Positions 12,581-24,800 of a stretch of DNA of 64,000 nt are shown here, piece by piece. The DNA comes from Azolla caroliniana. Taxonomy: Eukaryota; Plantae; Polypodiophyta. Within the stretch, counting starts at the first letter, position 1. Each line of letters starts with the position of its first letter. Below the pieces are notes generated by a model. It did no database searches, was not told the origin of the DNA, and saw only the letters and a list, made by a program, of their open reading frames with translations. Both the position numbers and the translations under genes were made by a program. The stretch spans positions 15,314,001-15,378,000 of the forward strand of contig JBHGNT010000017.1 in NCBI GenBank assembly GCA_043228905.1, in the 5' to 3' direction.

Positions 12581-14975
12581 ACACGTTCTCTTCACTGCTG
12601 CCCAATAAGAAACAAGACCTTCATCGGTTTCTAGCAGTAGTCTAAGATCTCTTTGATCTTTCACATCTAGTAATTTGATAAATAGGAGCACCTTGCTGGA
12701 ATCGAGAACCGTTTGGTCAAGTGCAGGCAGATGATCAAATCTTTACTTGAATTCGTGGAGCGTCGCACTTACACTCACCTCTTTGTTAGAAGACTCCACC
12801 CAGTCCATTAAATCCTTCTTCGTCATTCGAGATGAGTCACCAAACCCATATTCTTCAAGTAAACTTTGTTCGAAAGATGACCATTCCCGATTGACCTCTT
12901 GTAGCTCTAGGACCCCGGAGTAAAGACTTGAAGTTACAATCCTCAAGAAGCTTGCCACTTGTCTTGCCACAGGAATACCCTTTTTCCGCATTTGCGTTTT
13001 GTAGGCTTCAAGGTATCGTGTCACATCTTTACCCTCAAAGCATCCCTTGCCGTCCACGATCTAATCGATGACAACGTCAAGGCCTACGACGTTGTCTCTC
13101 ACTTGAAGAATTTGGTCCATCATCCTCGCCATTGCTTGTGCTAGACTATCATTAGAGTCTCTAGCACTTGAAGTTCTGGCCATACTCCCTTGCCGATCTT
13201 CACGTCGGGTTCACCAAATGACGTGGAAATCCGCGCCTGCGGGTTGGTCGAACGGGACCACCGGGGTCTTTGACTGGGGAGGACGAATGGGGTGACTCGT
13301 GCTTGTAAGGAATCAGAAGTTTAGGTTTATCGTTGGGTCGTTCTTTGTTGTTGAAGACACTTGTGTGGGTTGAGAGATAGATAGATAGATTATATTATCG
13401 TCTTCGGAGGTTAAATATGACCTATGAGACAAAAAGTATTACATTCCACATGATACGTGTGAAGGTGAGTAGTGACTCTCGATGTTCAAGAACTTTACCA
13501 ATGAATGTTGCAATCAAGAGTGCACATCGTGGTTGTGAGAGAAATTCGTGCAAGGATTGGGCTCGATCAAAGAGATGTGGAAAGCATGGTCGAATATGAT
13601 CAAAGGCAGAGCATTGTATCAAAGTGTGATACTTAGACTCTTGAACTTGTTTAGGGAAAAGTGTGCATAGTCAACCAACCACTCTCATCACTTGTGCCTC
13701 AACGCCCCGTCTCACATCTCAATGCATGTGAGCTAAGTCGCATGGAAGCAATGGTTCGAATAGCAGATATCGGGATAGGCCCTAACATGTATCGATGTGT
13801 ACGGCTTCCCCGTTCCGCTAAGAATATGGTTTTGTAGTTAGGTGCAACATTTGTAGTATAATGTGTGAAGCGTGAGCCACCACATTTATCCCATGTCATG
13901 ATACATTGGTGTTGCAAAAAGGCCTCATTTACAGAGGAATCTAGTGACGCATCATGAAGCAAGTGTCTTGCATCCCATCTACCAAACCATTTTTCTAAAT
14001 CTTGCATCCAACCGGAACACAAAATTTTGCTTTTATGCGTCTTTTGGATCTTTTTGCTTGCTTCCCATGCAATTCTAGGAAGTCGATGTGAGGAGCTTTT
14101 TTGAACCTTAAGCATGTATTCAACAACCCTTTCCATGGCCATGATCTCAATGGGAAGCGATCCCGTCTCAAGGAGGAGGGTGTAGGGGGTTTGTTTCTTA
14201 ACTTGTAGAAACTTTGTAAGAAAATGTTTTTGGACATTTTCAAACTCTTTCCACGTAGATTTAGGGATGCTACCGCCCCATACTTCCACCCCATAGAGAA
14301 GAACCGGGGTCACCAAAGTGTCAAAAAGATATTTCTTGAGGACCCAACAATTAATATCTCCAAGATTGCATGTGTTCTCAAATGCATAATATGCTCACTT
14401 ACCCGACTCTAAGCAGCGTGTAGCACACATTCATTCCATTTTTTATTTGAAGGAACTTCAAGGCCAAGATATTTGAAGCTTTCCACACATTCAAGTGGCT
14501 CATTGTTGTACATAATGCATGGTTTATCTCTTTTTTGACTCTTCACAAGCATAATCTTTGTTTTAGAGCTATTGACACTTAATCTAGTATAGATGCCCTC
14601 ATGCATATGATGCATGTGAGGGTGTAAGACATGCATACAATGCATGAAGTGCATGCGATGCACGATTGCCATTTGGCACTCATGCATCACATGTGATGCA
14701 TGATAACCATGTCACTCATTCAAGCTCTCATGTATGAGAATGTGCAGGTGAAATATACAATGATGAAAATGAAGTTTAAAGAAACAACTTAGCCTAATGG
14801 TATTTCAATTGTCTCATGTCTTCGAGGTGTAAGGTTCAAATCCCATCTCACGTGCATATTAACGTGCTAACATACTTGTGTAACCATCACCCCTTTCATA
14901 CATGTGCACATTGCACCTTCTCGGTTTTCTCCGTTCCACGCGATTTTCACATTGTTGCCGAAAATCTTCACAACA
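12581..14975 (-). mobile_element. Truncated tRNA-Trp-primed gypsy (Phygy-like): 5' LTR 14975-13219, PBS, gag fragment
   Basis: LTR starts TGTTGTGAAGATTTTC on minus; PBS TGGTGAACCCGACGTGAA at 13199-13216; gag GKDVTRYLEAY homologous to 30561-32570. Confidence 0.8.
13690..14590 (-). mobile_element. Non-LTR retrotransposon (LINE, RTE-X/L2-like) RT C-terminal fragment inside the LTR
   Basis: VNSSKTKIM..ECVESFKYLG..PVLLYGVEVW..RLSSHALRCETGR. Confidence 0.82.
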
Positions 14976-16816
14976 ACGGATTTTTTTCAATAGCACGAGT
15001 TGACCCTAAGCAACTTGTTTCGATTTTCTTATATTTTCAATAGCAAGGATGCCCACTTCTCACAATCTCTGTTTAGTCTATGGATCGGGGAATTAGAACA
15101 AATGGTTGCCAAGTTTGTAAATAAAGGTGGCATTGAAGAAGTTATTACCAGGATTGTAGTCATCATGCTTTGTTGTATACATATGACATGGTGTTTTTTT
15201 TGAAGATATTTTAGGGGATGCCCAAAAGCCTGTGAGGGCATTAGAGGAGTTTTGCATGCATGCTTTGTTGAGTGTCAATATCTCTAAAACAAATATTATG
15301 CTCTTGAAGAGCCAAAATAAGGACAAACCATGCATATGTGTAATGATGAGCCGCTTGAAACTAAGAAAAATAGTAGGCAAAATATAGATTTATAGAAAGA
15401 GATGTTTGAACAAGTCGGTTGTATCACCGAATCGGCAAAGGCCGAACAAAAGCCAAATCGGCTTGTCTGAAAGACTAAAGTCGGATTGGCTATGCCAAAT
15501 GCTGAAGTGTCCAAAGCCGATTGTCTAAAGTCATCTCTTTGTTCGACTCAATCAGACCAATATCTTCTTAAGCCCATCAGGTTCCTTAATGACCGGAATC
15601 GGTCAGCCAAAAGATACTTGGTCATCTCGTCCGCAATGTTGTCTGTTGTGGGGATCTTCTCCAGGCCGAGCTTGCTTGTAGTTACGCATTACCGAATGAA
15701 GTGATATGGAATGTCAATATGCTTTGAGGCGTTATGATGGTCTAGGTTCTTCGACAAGGCGACAACACCTTGGCTATCGTTGTATTAAACTGGAGCCAAA
15801 TTGGGGTCGGCTTACCGAAACGTGCATGTCAGCCGACGAGCCATAAAGCCTCTTTCACAACATCGAATGCGGCTAGATATTTGGCCTTGGTCTTGTGTGC
15901 CCGCTAGGTATCTGAAACGTGCTTGACTGCGTTCCAATGTTGTCGGCCAAGGTTATGCATAAATCTGTTGATGACTCCTACAACATGAGCTATGTCCGCT
16001 CGTGTTGCAACCATCGTGTACATCAAGGAGCCGACTACCGGTGCATATGGGACCAATTTCATATCTTCCCCCTTTGGACCGGATGTTGGACAATCTCGCT
16101 AAGACATTTGAAGGCTAATGGGGAGTGGGGTTGAAGCAAAATTGGCCGATTGCATGTTGAAGCGCTCTAAGACAAGTTGAATATATTCGGCTTGAGACTG
16201 GAACAACTGTCTCTAATTTCGATGATTTCGAAGCCGATTGATTTTCATACCAAGAATATGTCGAACCACACCTAGGTCCTTCATTGCAAACTTCAATCGT
16301 AGTTGCCAAACAAGGTTGGCAAGCTCTTCGGCATGCCGACCGGAGGGAAGCATGTCATCCACGTATTGGATGAGGATGGGTAATCCATCTTGAGCTATTT
16401 TCGAGAAGAGGCAGTGGTCTTCATCATGCGTACAAAAACCAACAAAGTAGATGAAGTCGTCGAATTTTTTGTACCGATTGTTGGCCGGTCAGAGAAGGCA
16501 AATGGGAAAGCAAGGTCGGATCGGATAAATATAGAAATAGGAATAGAATTATTAGGAGGGACGGATCCGGTAGTTGTAACCGATCCGGATCCGAACCGAT
16601 TCGGTTTCGGTTAACGGTTGCCTACCGAGCACCGATTGTAATCTGGCCGGATGCCTATAAAAGGATCCGATGTTTTGTAATGAAGGGCGAAGAATTAATA
16701 TAGTTTTGCTTATGCTGATTAATCTTGTCTTCGTCTGTGCTTAACTGTAATTATCATACGCGTGTATTAACATCCTATCCCTACCACCCCTTTGGAGAAG
16801 TGTCGGATAGACACCT

Positions 16817-19510
16817 GTGTTGAGGCTAGTCCAGCCATACATACAACACTATTTTGGCGACCACGATTCCTGCAGAGTGCAGAGGACAACCGGGGGATGG
16901 ATGTCTAGACAAAATAACGACCACATCACCGAAAGAGAGAGACGCCACGCCGAACGGCAGCGACGACGGGAAGCCCTGCAGCAAGCCGTCGACGAGATCC
17001 GGAGCGATCGGTCATTCTCAAAAACGCTTCGGCAAATCGCAGAAAACGCACTGCAGTTCCAGGTTCTACAAGCTTCCGACGAAGGCAGTAGCATAACCAG
17101 CCTCCAAGAAGCGGAGACACTACTACAGACTCTCGCTGGCGGCGACGGGGACGCAGCGGCATTTGCAACATTAGAGGCGGATTCGGATAGCGGGGAAAGC
17201 GTGGGATCCCGCTATAAAAGCAGCCACGAGAACAACCCCTTTGAGTCGGATCACTCAGCAACATCGGAGCCAGAGGAGGAACTAACTCTGGAGTTCGGTG
17301 ACCGGCAATCGCCGAGGAGGGAGGAGCGGTTATCAACACCACCCGCGGAGGAACCGCAGGAGCGGTTATCAACACCACCCGCGGAGGAACCGCAGGAGCG
17401 GATACCATCACCACCTGCGGAGGAACCGCAGGAGCGGAGACCGACATCGGAGGAACCAGCGCAGGAGAATCAGTGGGACGACACGATGCCGTATCCGTAC
17501 CCAAAGTATCGGGATGAGCCCGACGGAGAGGCACATGTGTATGCATTCCTGCGAACATGGGAAGCCAACCACGTGTCCCAGAGACTGACAGAGCCCGAGG
17601 CCGACCGATCCAAAGTCGCCGAATTCGGCATGACATTAGAAGGACCGGCGGCCCGGTGGCACGACAAGCACTTACCAGGCAGCTTCGCCACGTTCGAGGC
17701 ATTGAAAACCCAGTTTTTACGCTTGTTTCATAGACGAGTGGAACAAAGGGAATTGGTCGGACAATTCTACACCACTCGGCAGGGAGAAAACGAGACGGTC
17801 CCACAATTTATCATTCGTTTCCAGACCTTGCACAGTCAATTAGCAAGAGCACCACCCGAAGAGGAGGCCAAGGCAGTCTTTTTGGCTGCGTTTAAAGACC
17901 CACTTCGAGCGATGTGTGGAATCATCGATTTCAGCACCAACACAATGGACCAAGTCATTGATCGGGTCCTGGAAATGGACAACACGAGCCCCTTCTTGCC
18001 GATGGGGGCGTTACACCAGGCGCTTCCGAAGGAGGAGGACCTCCGGTTCCGACAAGCCCTACAATGCACAACATGCCTAAATTCGGGGCACTCGACCGTT
18101 GACTGCACCCTGCGCGCACAGTGCATGATATGCAATTCTCGCGCCCACACAACGAACCAATGCGAGTATAACCTGTTAACTCGACAAGCGGCACCGGTCC
18201 GACACATAGAACCGCGCAATCGGGACCCGGAAGAGGATCGATTCCGGAGGGACGACCGCTACCGACGAGAACGCGGCGACAGATACCCCGATAGAAGACG
18301 CGACAGCTATGACCGAGAGGAAAACCGAAGGGATAGCTACCCCCGGGACCGGTACGACCGAGAGGAGAACCGAAGGGATAGCTACCCCCGGGACCGGTAT
18401 GACCGAGACGAATCCCCGGAATACGAGCGACGCAGAGAAGAAAGGCGGCCAGGGAACCGGAATTTCCGACGGAACCAAAGGCGTGGATTCTTCCGTAGAG
18501 AGGAGCGTCGGGAGGCAACAAGGAATGACAAACCAGTAGCGGCACCGGAGAACCAAAAAACCGAGGACAACCGCCGGGGAATGCCCCTCCCCCAAACATG
18601 GGAAAAAGGAGAATCCAGCAACACGCACAGGGTCTACTGTTATTACTGCCGAAAAGAAGGGCATTACAGTAATCAATGCCCAAGCAAAACAGCCGACAAG
18701 CAGCCAGCAGTCAACATGGTGACAGCCGAAGTACAGCAGGTTACGACGCGGTCGAAAGGGAAGGCCGCCGAATGGGAAGCCCAGGAAGCAATCAGAAAAC
18801 AAGCGGCACAATGGATCAAAGAAGCCAACGAACAAGGTGCGGCGGAAGTAAGAAACCAAAAGATGCCAAGGGAGGAGGAAATCGTACAGCCAGGAGAAAA
18901 CCCGACATGGCAAGCACTACAAGATTGTCAGATCGTGCTGCCGTTGGCACGGTTACTGCAGTTGGTGCCGCGGTTCACAGCAGACTTACAAGCCGCCGTG
19001 AGCAAACCGACGCCGACGCCAGCACCGGCATTTTTCTCCAACCCGGAGGAAGGCCCAGCGGTGGTTGATACCAGTAGCCCAGCAATCACGACAATCGTCA
19101 AAGGAAAGGAGATTCCAGGAACAATTATTGACGGAGGCTCCGGGGTGAACGTCATTAGTCGACAGACATGCGACGACCTAGGCATCCAGGAGTGGGAACC
19201 ATGCCCCTTCTGGTTACGCATGGCGGATACAAGCTCAGTCCGACCAACTGGTCTTATCCGGGACTTGGAAGTAACAATAGGAGGCCACGTATTCCGAATA
19301 TCGGCCGTGGTACTAGAGCTGAATGTACAAGGCGCATATCCCCTACTGTTAGGACGACCATGGCTGCGAACGGCGCATATCAAGCAAAACAGGCAAAAGA
19401 AGCCAGCCGACAAGCACAAGATGGCACCGAGCCGGTCGGGACATCAGAAAAGCAAGCCGAACCAGAAACGGAGAGGGCCTTGCAAACCGGCCCTGAGACC
19501 GAGAAGTTAA
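16817..19510 (+). CDS. gag: Gag-protease polyprotein (likely start ~16901), truncated after PR
   Basis: Capsid LEGPAARWH..RQGENETV, zinc knuckles CTTCLNSGHSTVDC / CMICNSRAHTTNQC / CYYCRKEGHYSNQC, protease IIDGGSGVN..LLLGRPWL. Confidence 0.9.
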   Translation: MLRLVQPYIQHYFGDHDSCRVQRTTGGWMSRQNNDHITERERRHAERQRRREALQQAVDEIRSDRSFSKTLRQIAENALQFQVLQASDEGSSITSLQEAETLLQTLAGGDGDAAAFATLEADSDSGESVGSRYKSSHENNPFESDHSATSEPEEELTLEFGDRQSPRREERLSTPPAEEPQERLSTPPAEEPQERIPSPPAEEPQERRPTSEEPAQENQWDDTMPYPYPKYRDEPDGEAHVYAFLRTWEANHVSQRLTEPEADRSKVAEFGMTLEGPAARWHDKHLPGSFATFEALKTQFLRLFHRRVEQRELVGQFYTTRQGENETVPQFIIRFQTLHSQLARAPPEEEAKAVFLAAFKDPLRAMCGIIDFSTNTMDQVIDRVLEMDNTSPFLPMGALHQALPKEEDLRFRQALQCTTCLNSGHSTVDCTLRAQCMICNSRAHTTNQCEYNLLTRQAAPVRHIEPRNRDPEEDRFRRDDRYRRERGDRYPDRRRDSYDREENRRDSYPRDRYDREENRRDSYPRDRYDRDESPEYERRREERRPGNRNFRRNQRRGFFRREERREATRNDKPVAAPENQKTEDNRRGMPLPQTWEKGESSNTHRVYCYYCRKEGHYSNQCPSKTADKQPAVNMVTAEVQQVTTRSKGKAAEWEAQEAIRKQAAQWIKEANEQGAAEVRNQKMPREEEIVQPGENPTWQALQDCQIVLPLARLLQLVPRFTADLQAAVSKPTPTPAPAFFSNPEEGPAVVDTSSPAITTIVKGKEIPGTIIDGGSGVNVISRQTCDDLGIQEWEPCPFWLRMADTSSVRPTGLIRDLEVTIGGHVFRISAVVLELNVQGAYPLLLGRPWLRTAHIKQNRQKKPADKHKMAPSRSGHQKSKPNQKRRGPCKPALRPRS
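16855..16864 (+). promoter_or_regulatory. Primer binding site, tRNA-Arg-like
   Basis: TGGCGACCAC 6 nt after the LTR end; complementary to the plant tRNA-Arg 3' end as recalled. Confidence 0.7.
17323..17440 (+). repeat. 39-bp in-frame tandem repeat (ERLSTPPAEEPQ) x3; also a 45-bp repeat x2 at ~18307-18400
   Basis: Direct repeats visible in DNA and protein. Confidence 0.85.
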
Positions 19511-20937
19511 TAGCAACTTTGAAAGAAGAATTACAGGCTCAGGAGGCATTGAGAGATAACGAAAGAGAACAGCGGAAGTTGGTAGAAGACGACAGACGGC
19601 GAATGGAGGAAGGCCTTCGCCGAAGCAAAGCCACCAATGACCGACTACAAGAAGAAAACGGGACACTGCAAAAGGAAAGAGATAGGCTGCGCCGACGAAT
19701 GGAGCAGGAAACTGAGCGGTTGCGAGAGGAACTCCGACAACAAAAGGACCGGGATGATCAGTTGCGAGCTTAGGCGAACCGACGCCTAAAACAGAAGACG
19801 GAGGAATTCGACAGACTATGTAAGGATTATAAACAGGCCACGTCGGACATCAAGAATCAGGCAGCAACGTACGACCGACAGATAGAGAAGCTGAAAGAGC
19901 AGCTCAAGGAAAACCGCTTGGAATTGTCCAAAGCAAGGGAGGAAGTATCGGCGGAGAAGACCTTGACGTTGGAACAAAGAAAGGAGATGGAAGTACTTCG
20001 GCAGAAAGTAGGGGAGCTGACAAAGAGCAGGAATGAGGAGAAAGTGAAGTTGACTTTCGAAATCAACAAATGGCGGAGTACCTGTGACAAGCAAAAAGTC
20101 GACTCTGAAGCTCAAGCTCAGTTAATGGCCGACATCATCAAACGGATAAGGAAGGAAAAACAAGCAGCTTCGGAACAGGCTAAAGCAGGGGTTGACCGAA
20201 TTAAGTTCATCATGTCAAGCTGGAGTACCCGAGCTCAGGCCAGCATAAATGAAAGCACGGAGAAACTCTGGAAGGAATGGGCACAGCAGGCAGCTGAACT
20301 GCAGATACTCCGAGCTGATGCAGAAAATCGGAAGATAAACGGAGATGGGTTCTATAAAATGGACGAAGAAAGTATCGTCAACATCCGGGAAGAACTGTCA
20401 GAGGATTTCTATGCTCTAGCAGAAGAGCATCTCAAGGAAATCCGAGGGTTAGTAGAGAGGTTGGATGACGGACAGCTCGAAACCCAACTAGAATTGGAAG
20501 GGTACGAGAAGGACCGACTGCGACAGGAAGCCGAGGGACACACAACGCCGATCTCCATTAGTGAGGGCGAGCGACCGGCTGAAGAGGATCCAACCAACAA
20601 TTCACCCCGACAAGAATTACCCGAGGAAGAACTTCCGGAGCAAGAGCAGGTTGATGCCGGGGATGATGCAGAGTGGAGACAGAGAAGTACCGAATCCGGG
20701 GAGGAAAGGAGACAACCAATGGAAACCGGAGAGAGCGATACCGGGAACGGAACGGAGGTGGAGCAGGACAGACCCGGACAGGATACAGAAGAAACACCGG
20801 TATTACCGGTAGAAGCAGAGTCGGAGCAGCAAGATGCGAAAAGGCAGCCAATCCAATCGGAAGTCGGAGACGGCACAGGCAAAACAACACTTGAAACCTC
20901 AGAGCGGAGTTTGCCTGACAATTTGGAGGAAGAATGA
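19390..20937 (+). pseudogene. C-terminal part of accessory coiled-coil ORF, one internal TAG at 19771
   Basis: ORFs 19168-19773 and 19918-20937 share a frame and are homologous to 8300-9637. Confidence 0.78.
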
Positions 20938-21126
20938 AGCCGGCTGTGGGTTCGAAGTGCAATGCACTTTCCCACGGGCGTGCCATGTGTTGGCCGGTCA
21001 GAGAAGGCAAATGGGAAAGCAAGGTCGGATCGGATAAATATAGAAATAGGAATAGAATTATTAGGAGGGACGGATCCGGTAGTTGTAACCGATCCGGATC
21101 CGAACCGATTCGGTTTCGGTTAACGG

Positions 21127-21859
21127 TGTCGTGAAGAAAACCGCCCACAAGAGGAATCGGAGGAACAAGGCGTGGGAAACGGCTCTACACACACGCGCGC
21201 GCCAAGAAGTACTTAAGGACGAAGTAGGTACATACGAGGATCCTAGGTGGGTAGATTCGGTGGGTATGCAGTTAACGCCAAACGGCCTCTTGACGGGCTA
21301 TAAAAGGAAGAGGAAGAATAGAAGTGGGGCATCTCCCGGGGAGAGGACGAAGTGCTGCCGAACCGATTTCGGAGCTTCTCTCTCACTCCTGCTCTCTCTG
21401 TCTTCTGCTCCATCGCGTACCTGTGCAGGTTTCGAGGAGGCTCGCGCTGTTCCGTGGAACGCCCCGAGTGCGTCCTGCAGCACCTCCGACCTGTTTTCCC
21501 TTTTCTGTGCGTCGCGACATACAGGGGTCGGCAGCTGTTCGCCGCCCTGTTCGTTTCGTTAGTATCTGTTTTTTTTTTGTTTTTTTTTGTGCCCCACTGT
21601 GGGTTGTAATGCTTTAGTCTGTTATTTTCTTGCATTCATAAGTACATATCTCTCGTTGTTGCGTCCATCTGCGTCGGCGTTTATTTGTGATCTCTGTTTG
21701 TTGGGCCGTGTCCCTGCGCAATTGTCGGTTCTGCGCAATCGGATCTTCGGTTCTGTGTAATCGGGTCTCTCTCTCTTACTCCTCTCTCTCTTGCTCTTCG
21801 GTTCGAGACCCCCGTGGTCCCTCCTCCTTTCTACACGCAAGGGCGTAGCAACCCCGACA
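21127..21859 (+). repeat. LTR type A, copy 1 (733 bp), 5' LTR of element 1
   Basis: TG..CA; followed by TCT plus PBS; reverse complement of 26151-26883. Confidence 0.95.
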
Positions 21860-21862
21860 TCT

Positions 21863-21880
21863 TGGTGAACCCGACGTGAA
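21863..21880 (+). promoter_or_regulatory. PBS complementary to tRNA-Trp
   Basis: TGGTGAACCCGACGTGAA; same 18-mer at 13199, 32593 and 35634. Confidence 0.88.
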
Positions 21881-24800
21881 GAGGCGGCAAGGGAGCATGG
21901 AGATGGAAGAAGACTTTGACTTCGAGGAAATGGTGGCAAAGATCATGATGGAGGCGCGACGGAAGAAGGCGAAGCGAGAAGCGGCACAACGAGCGGTCGA
22001 GAGGGTGGTCGATCGAGTCGGCCGGTTCAACGGGGACGATGTCCCAAAATTTTTGAGAGCCTACAATGTCGAGATGACGGAGTGGGATGTGGACGAAGCA
22101 ATGCGGCTAGATTTCTTTTGTCGGGTGGCGGCCGTATCAAGGTACGAGGAGGTCAAGGAGCTCCGGCAAGCTCATGAGTCGTGGGTGTCCTTCGAGGGAG
22201 CCCTATTGGAAGCGTACGGGTACGCGGAGCCGGAAGGAAGAGGCCGACAAGAGTTCGAACGGTGGGCGGCGTCGGCGAGGCGCCATCGGGGTGCAATGGA
22301 GGCATTCCGAGAGTTCGAGCGTCGTTTCTCTCAACTCTCGGAGTGGGAACGGAGATCGGTGGGGGCGGACAAAGTCCTCCTATTTTTGAAGACGGTCCAT
22401 CATGAGGAGAGGAAGGACATCATGTTCGAGCTTCAAGACGATTATGGGGCGCATGGTCTCACCGAGGAGTGGCCCGAAGTAGAACGGGTGTGCCGACAAC
22501 ATGATAAGAGGTGGTCGGCCACAACACGACCCGCGAGCGGCGGAGAAGAGAGGGCGGTGGGCGGCTACACACCACCGCCGGAAGAGAGCTCGATGCACGA
22601 CCAACCGGAGGAGTACGACTTCGAGGCGTTGGTATGGGAGGCGTGCGAGATCGTGACGGCGAAAATCGAGGCCGGAAGAGCGTACGACGGTGACATGGGA
22701 GAGGGTGCGGAGCAAGCGACCCTCTTGCCTTGCGGTGAAGCGACGGCCATGGAGGCCGGTAACTACGGTTTCGGGACACGGTGGCCTGAAACATCGAGTC
22801 GGGAGGAGACGAGCGTCGGTGTCGCGACCTTCCACACACCGGCCCTAGAGGCTTCGGCGGTCGGCCCGAGTGCCGGCACGAGACCTAGAGCTACGGACGG
22901 TGGCGGCGGCAAGGCGGACAACCGAGATGAGGACGAGACCGGCGAAGAAGAGGCGGCGGCAAGCATACTCGATGCTTGCGAAACCGAAGACGGGGTAGCC
23001 ACGGACGACGATGTCCGAATGGAGGTGGCTACGGACGAGAAGAGTGGTGGTGTCGCGACCTTCCACACACCGGTCCTAGAGACTCCGGCACCCGGCCCGA
23101 GAGCCGGCGAGAGGCCTAGAGTGACGGACGGTGGCGGCGGCAAGGCGGGCAACCGAAACGACGACGACATGGGAGAGGGTGCGGAGCGAGCAACCCTCTC
23201 GTCTTGCGGCGAATGGACGGCCAAGGATGAGGCCGGTGACTACAAAGCGGAGAGCGCCACTTCGAAAGTGGGCGGAAGATTCGGGGCACGGCGGCCCAAA
23301 ACATCGAGCGGAGAGGAGGCGAGCGGTGGTGTCGCGACCTTCCACACACCGGCCCTAGAGGCTTCGGCGGTCGGCCCGAGTGCCGGCACGAGACCTAGAA
23401 CGACGGGCGGTGGCGGCGGCAAGGCGGGCAAACAAAATGACGCGGAGAACGGCGAAGAAGAGGTGGTGGCAAGCATACTAGAGGCTTACGGAATCGGAGA
23501 TGGGGGAGCCGCGGACAACGACGTCCGAACGAAAGCGGCTACGGAGACAACAAGCGGCGGTGCCGGGTCCTTACCCACACCAATCCTAGAGGCTCGAATG
23601 GCCGGCCCGAGTGCCGGCATGAGGCTTAGTGCGACGGGAGGTGACGGCGGCAAGGCGGGCAACGGAAACGAGAAGGAAGATTGGAGCGGACAGAGGCAAG
23701 ACCCCTTGACACCGGGGCCGGAGACTTCGGCGGTTGTGCTCGAATGCCAACGTGAGACCAGAAAGATGGGCGGTGACCGTGAGGAGGTGAGGCCCGGAGA
23801 GAGCGCATACGAAGACGAGTATGCGGGGCCCGGAATGGGCGTATACGGTGGGTCCGACGGAGAGGACCGGAGCGGAAACGAGGAGAGAGTCGGGAACCGA
23901 CCCGACCGGAATACGGCACGGAAGAAGAAGAGAGTAAGGGCCGGCGAACCGGGCCCAAACCGAAGGAAGCCGGCAAGACCGATTGGCCGGTTACGGTTAC
24001 GGTTACGGTTACGATGGGAGCCGGTAAGCGCGAGATGGAGGCTAACCGGGCACGACGACCATGGTTCGGGGGAAAAACGGAAACAAACGAGACCCTCCAT
24101 ACCCACTCTAGAGACTACGGCGGTTGCGGATCAACATAAGACCGGAGAGACGGCGGGTGGCGGCGAGGAGTCGGAGGCCAGAGCGTACGAGGTTACCGGA
24201 ACGGATATCCGGTACGAGATGGTGGACGGGTGGGTCCAAGACGGCGAGCCCGTGTCGGAACGGGCTACGGCGACAAAGGAGGAGAAGACCGACACGGAGG
24301 TCGGGTCTACGGCGGAAGAGCGAGACGAGATGCATGCAATACGGCCGATGGAGGGCCAAGACACAAGCATGCCTACGAAGGAGCCACATCGAGCGACCGA
24401 AGATGACGGTCGGATCACGCCTTCGAGAGGCGAATACGAGGAAGAAGGCGGCGACGACAAGACCTGGCACGATGCTAGGGAAGATTGGTGGGAAGAGGTG
24501 GCCTACGGAGAGGCTAAGACCGGCGGCCACGAAGATAAGGCCCGAGAGGGATCCTCCACACCGGCTATAGAGACTCCGGCGGTCGGCGCGAGTGCCGACG
24601 TGAGACCAAGAGTGGAGGACGGTGGCGGCGAGGGGACGAAGGCCACAACGGATGAAGGCACCGAGAGAGGCATACGGGAGGTCGCGGAGAACGAAGATGT
24701 ATGCGCCCAAAAGAACGAACACGACATCACGAAGGATGTGTGCGGTCGAGCGGGCCAAGAGGGCCAAGAGGGTGTTCCTTCGAGCGAAACGGAGGTCGGG

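Noticed and set aside
14980-15400. Unassigned AT-rich segment with short ORFs, possible host gene fragment
   Set aside because: No recognisable domain or splice structure; cannot support a call
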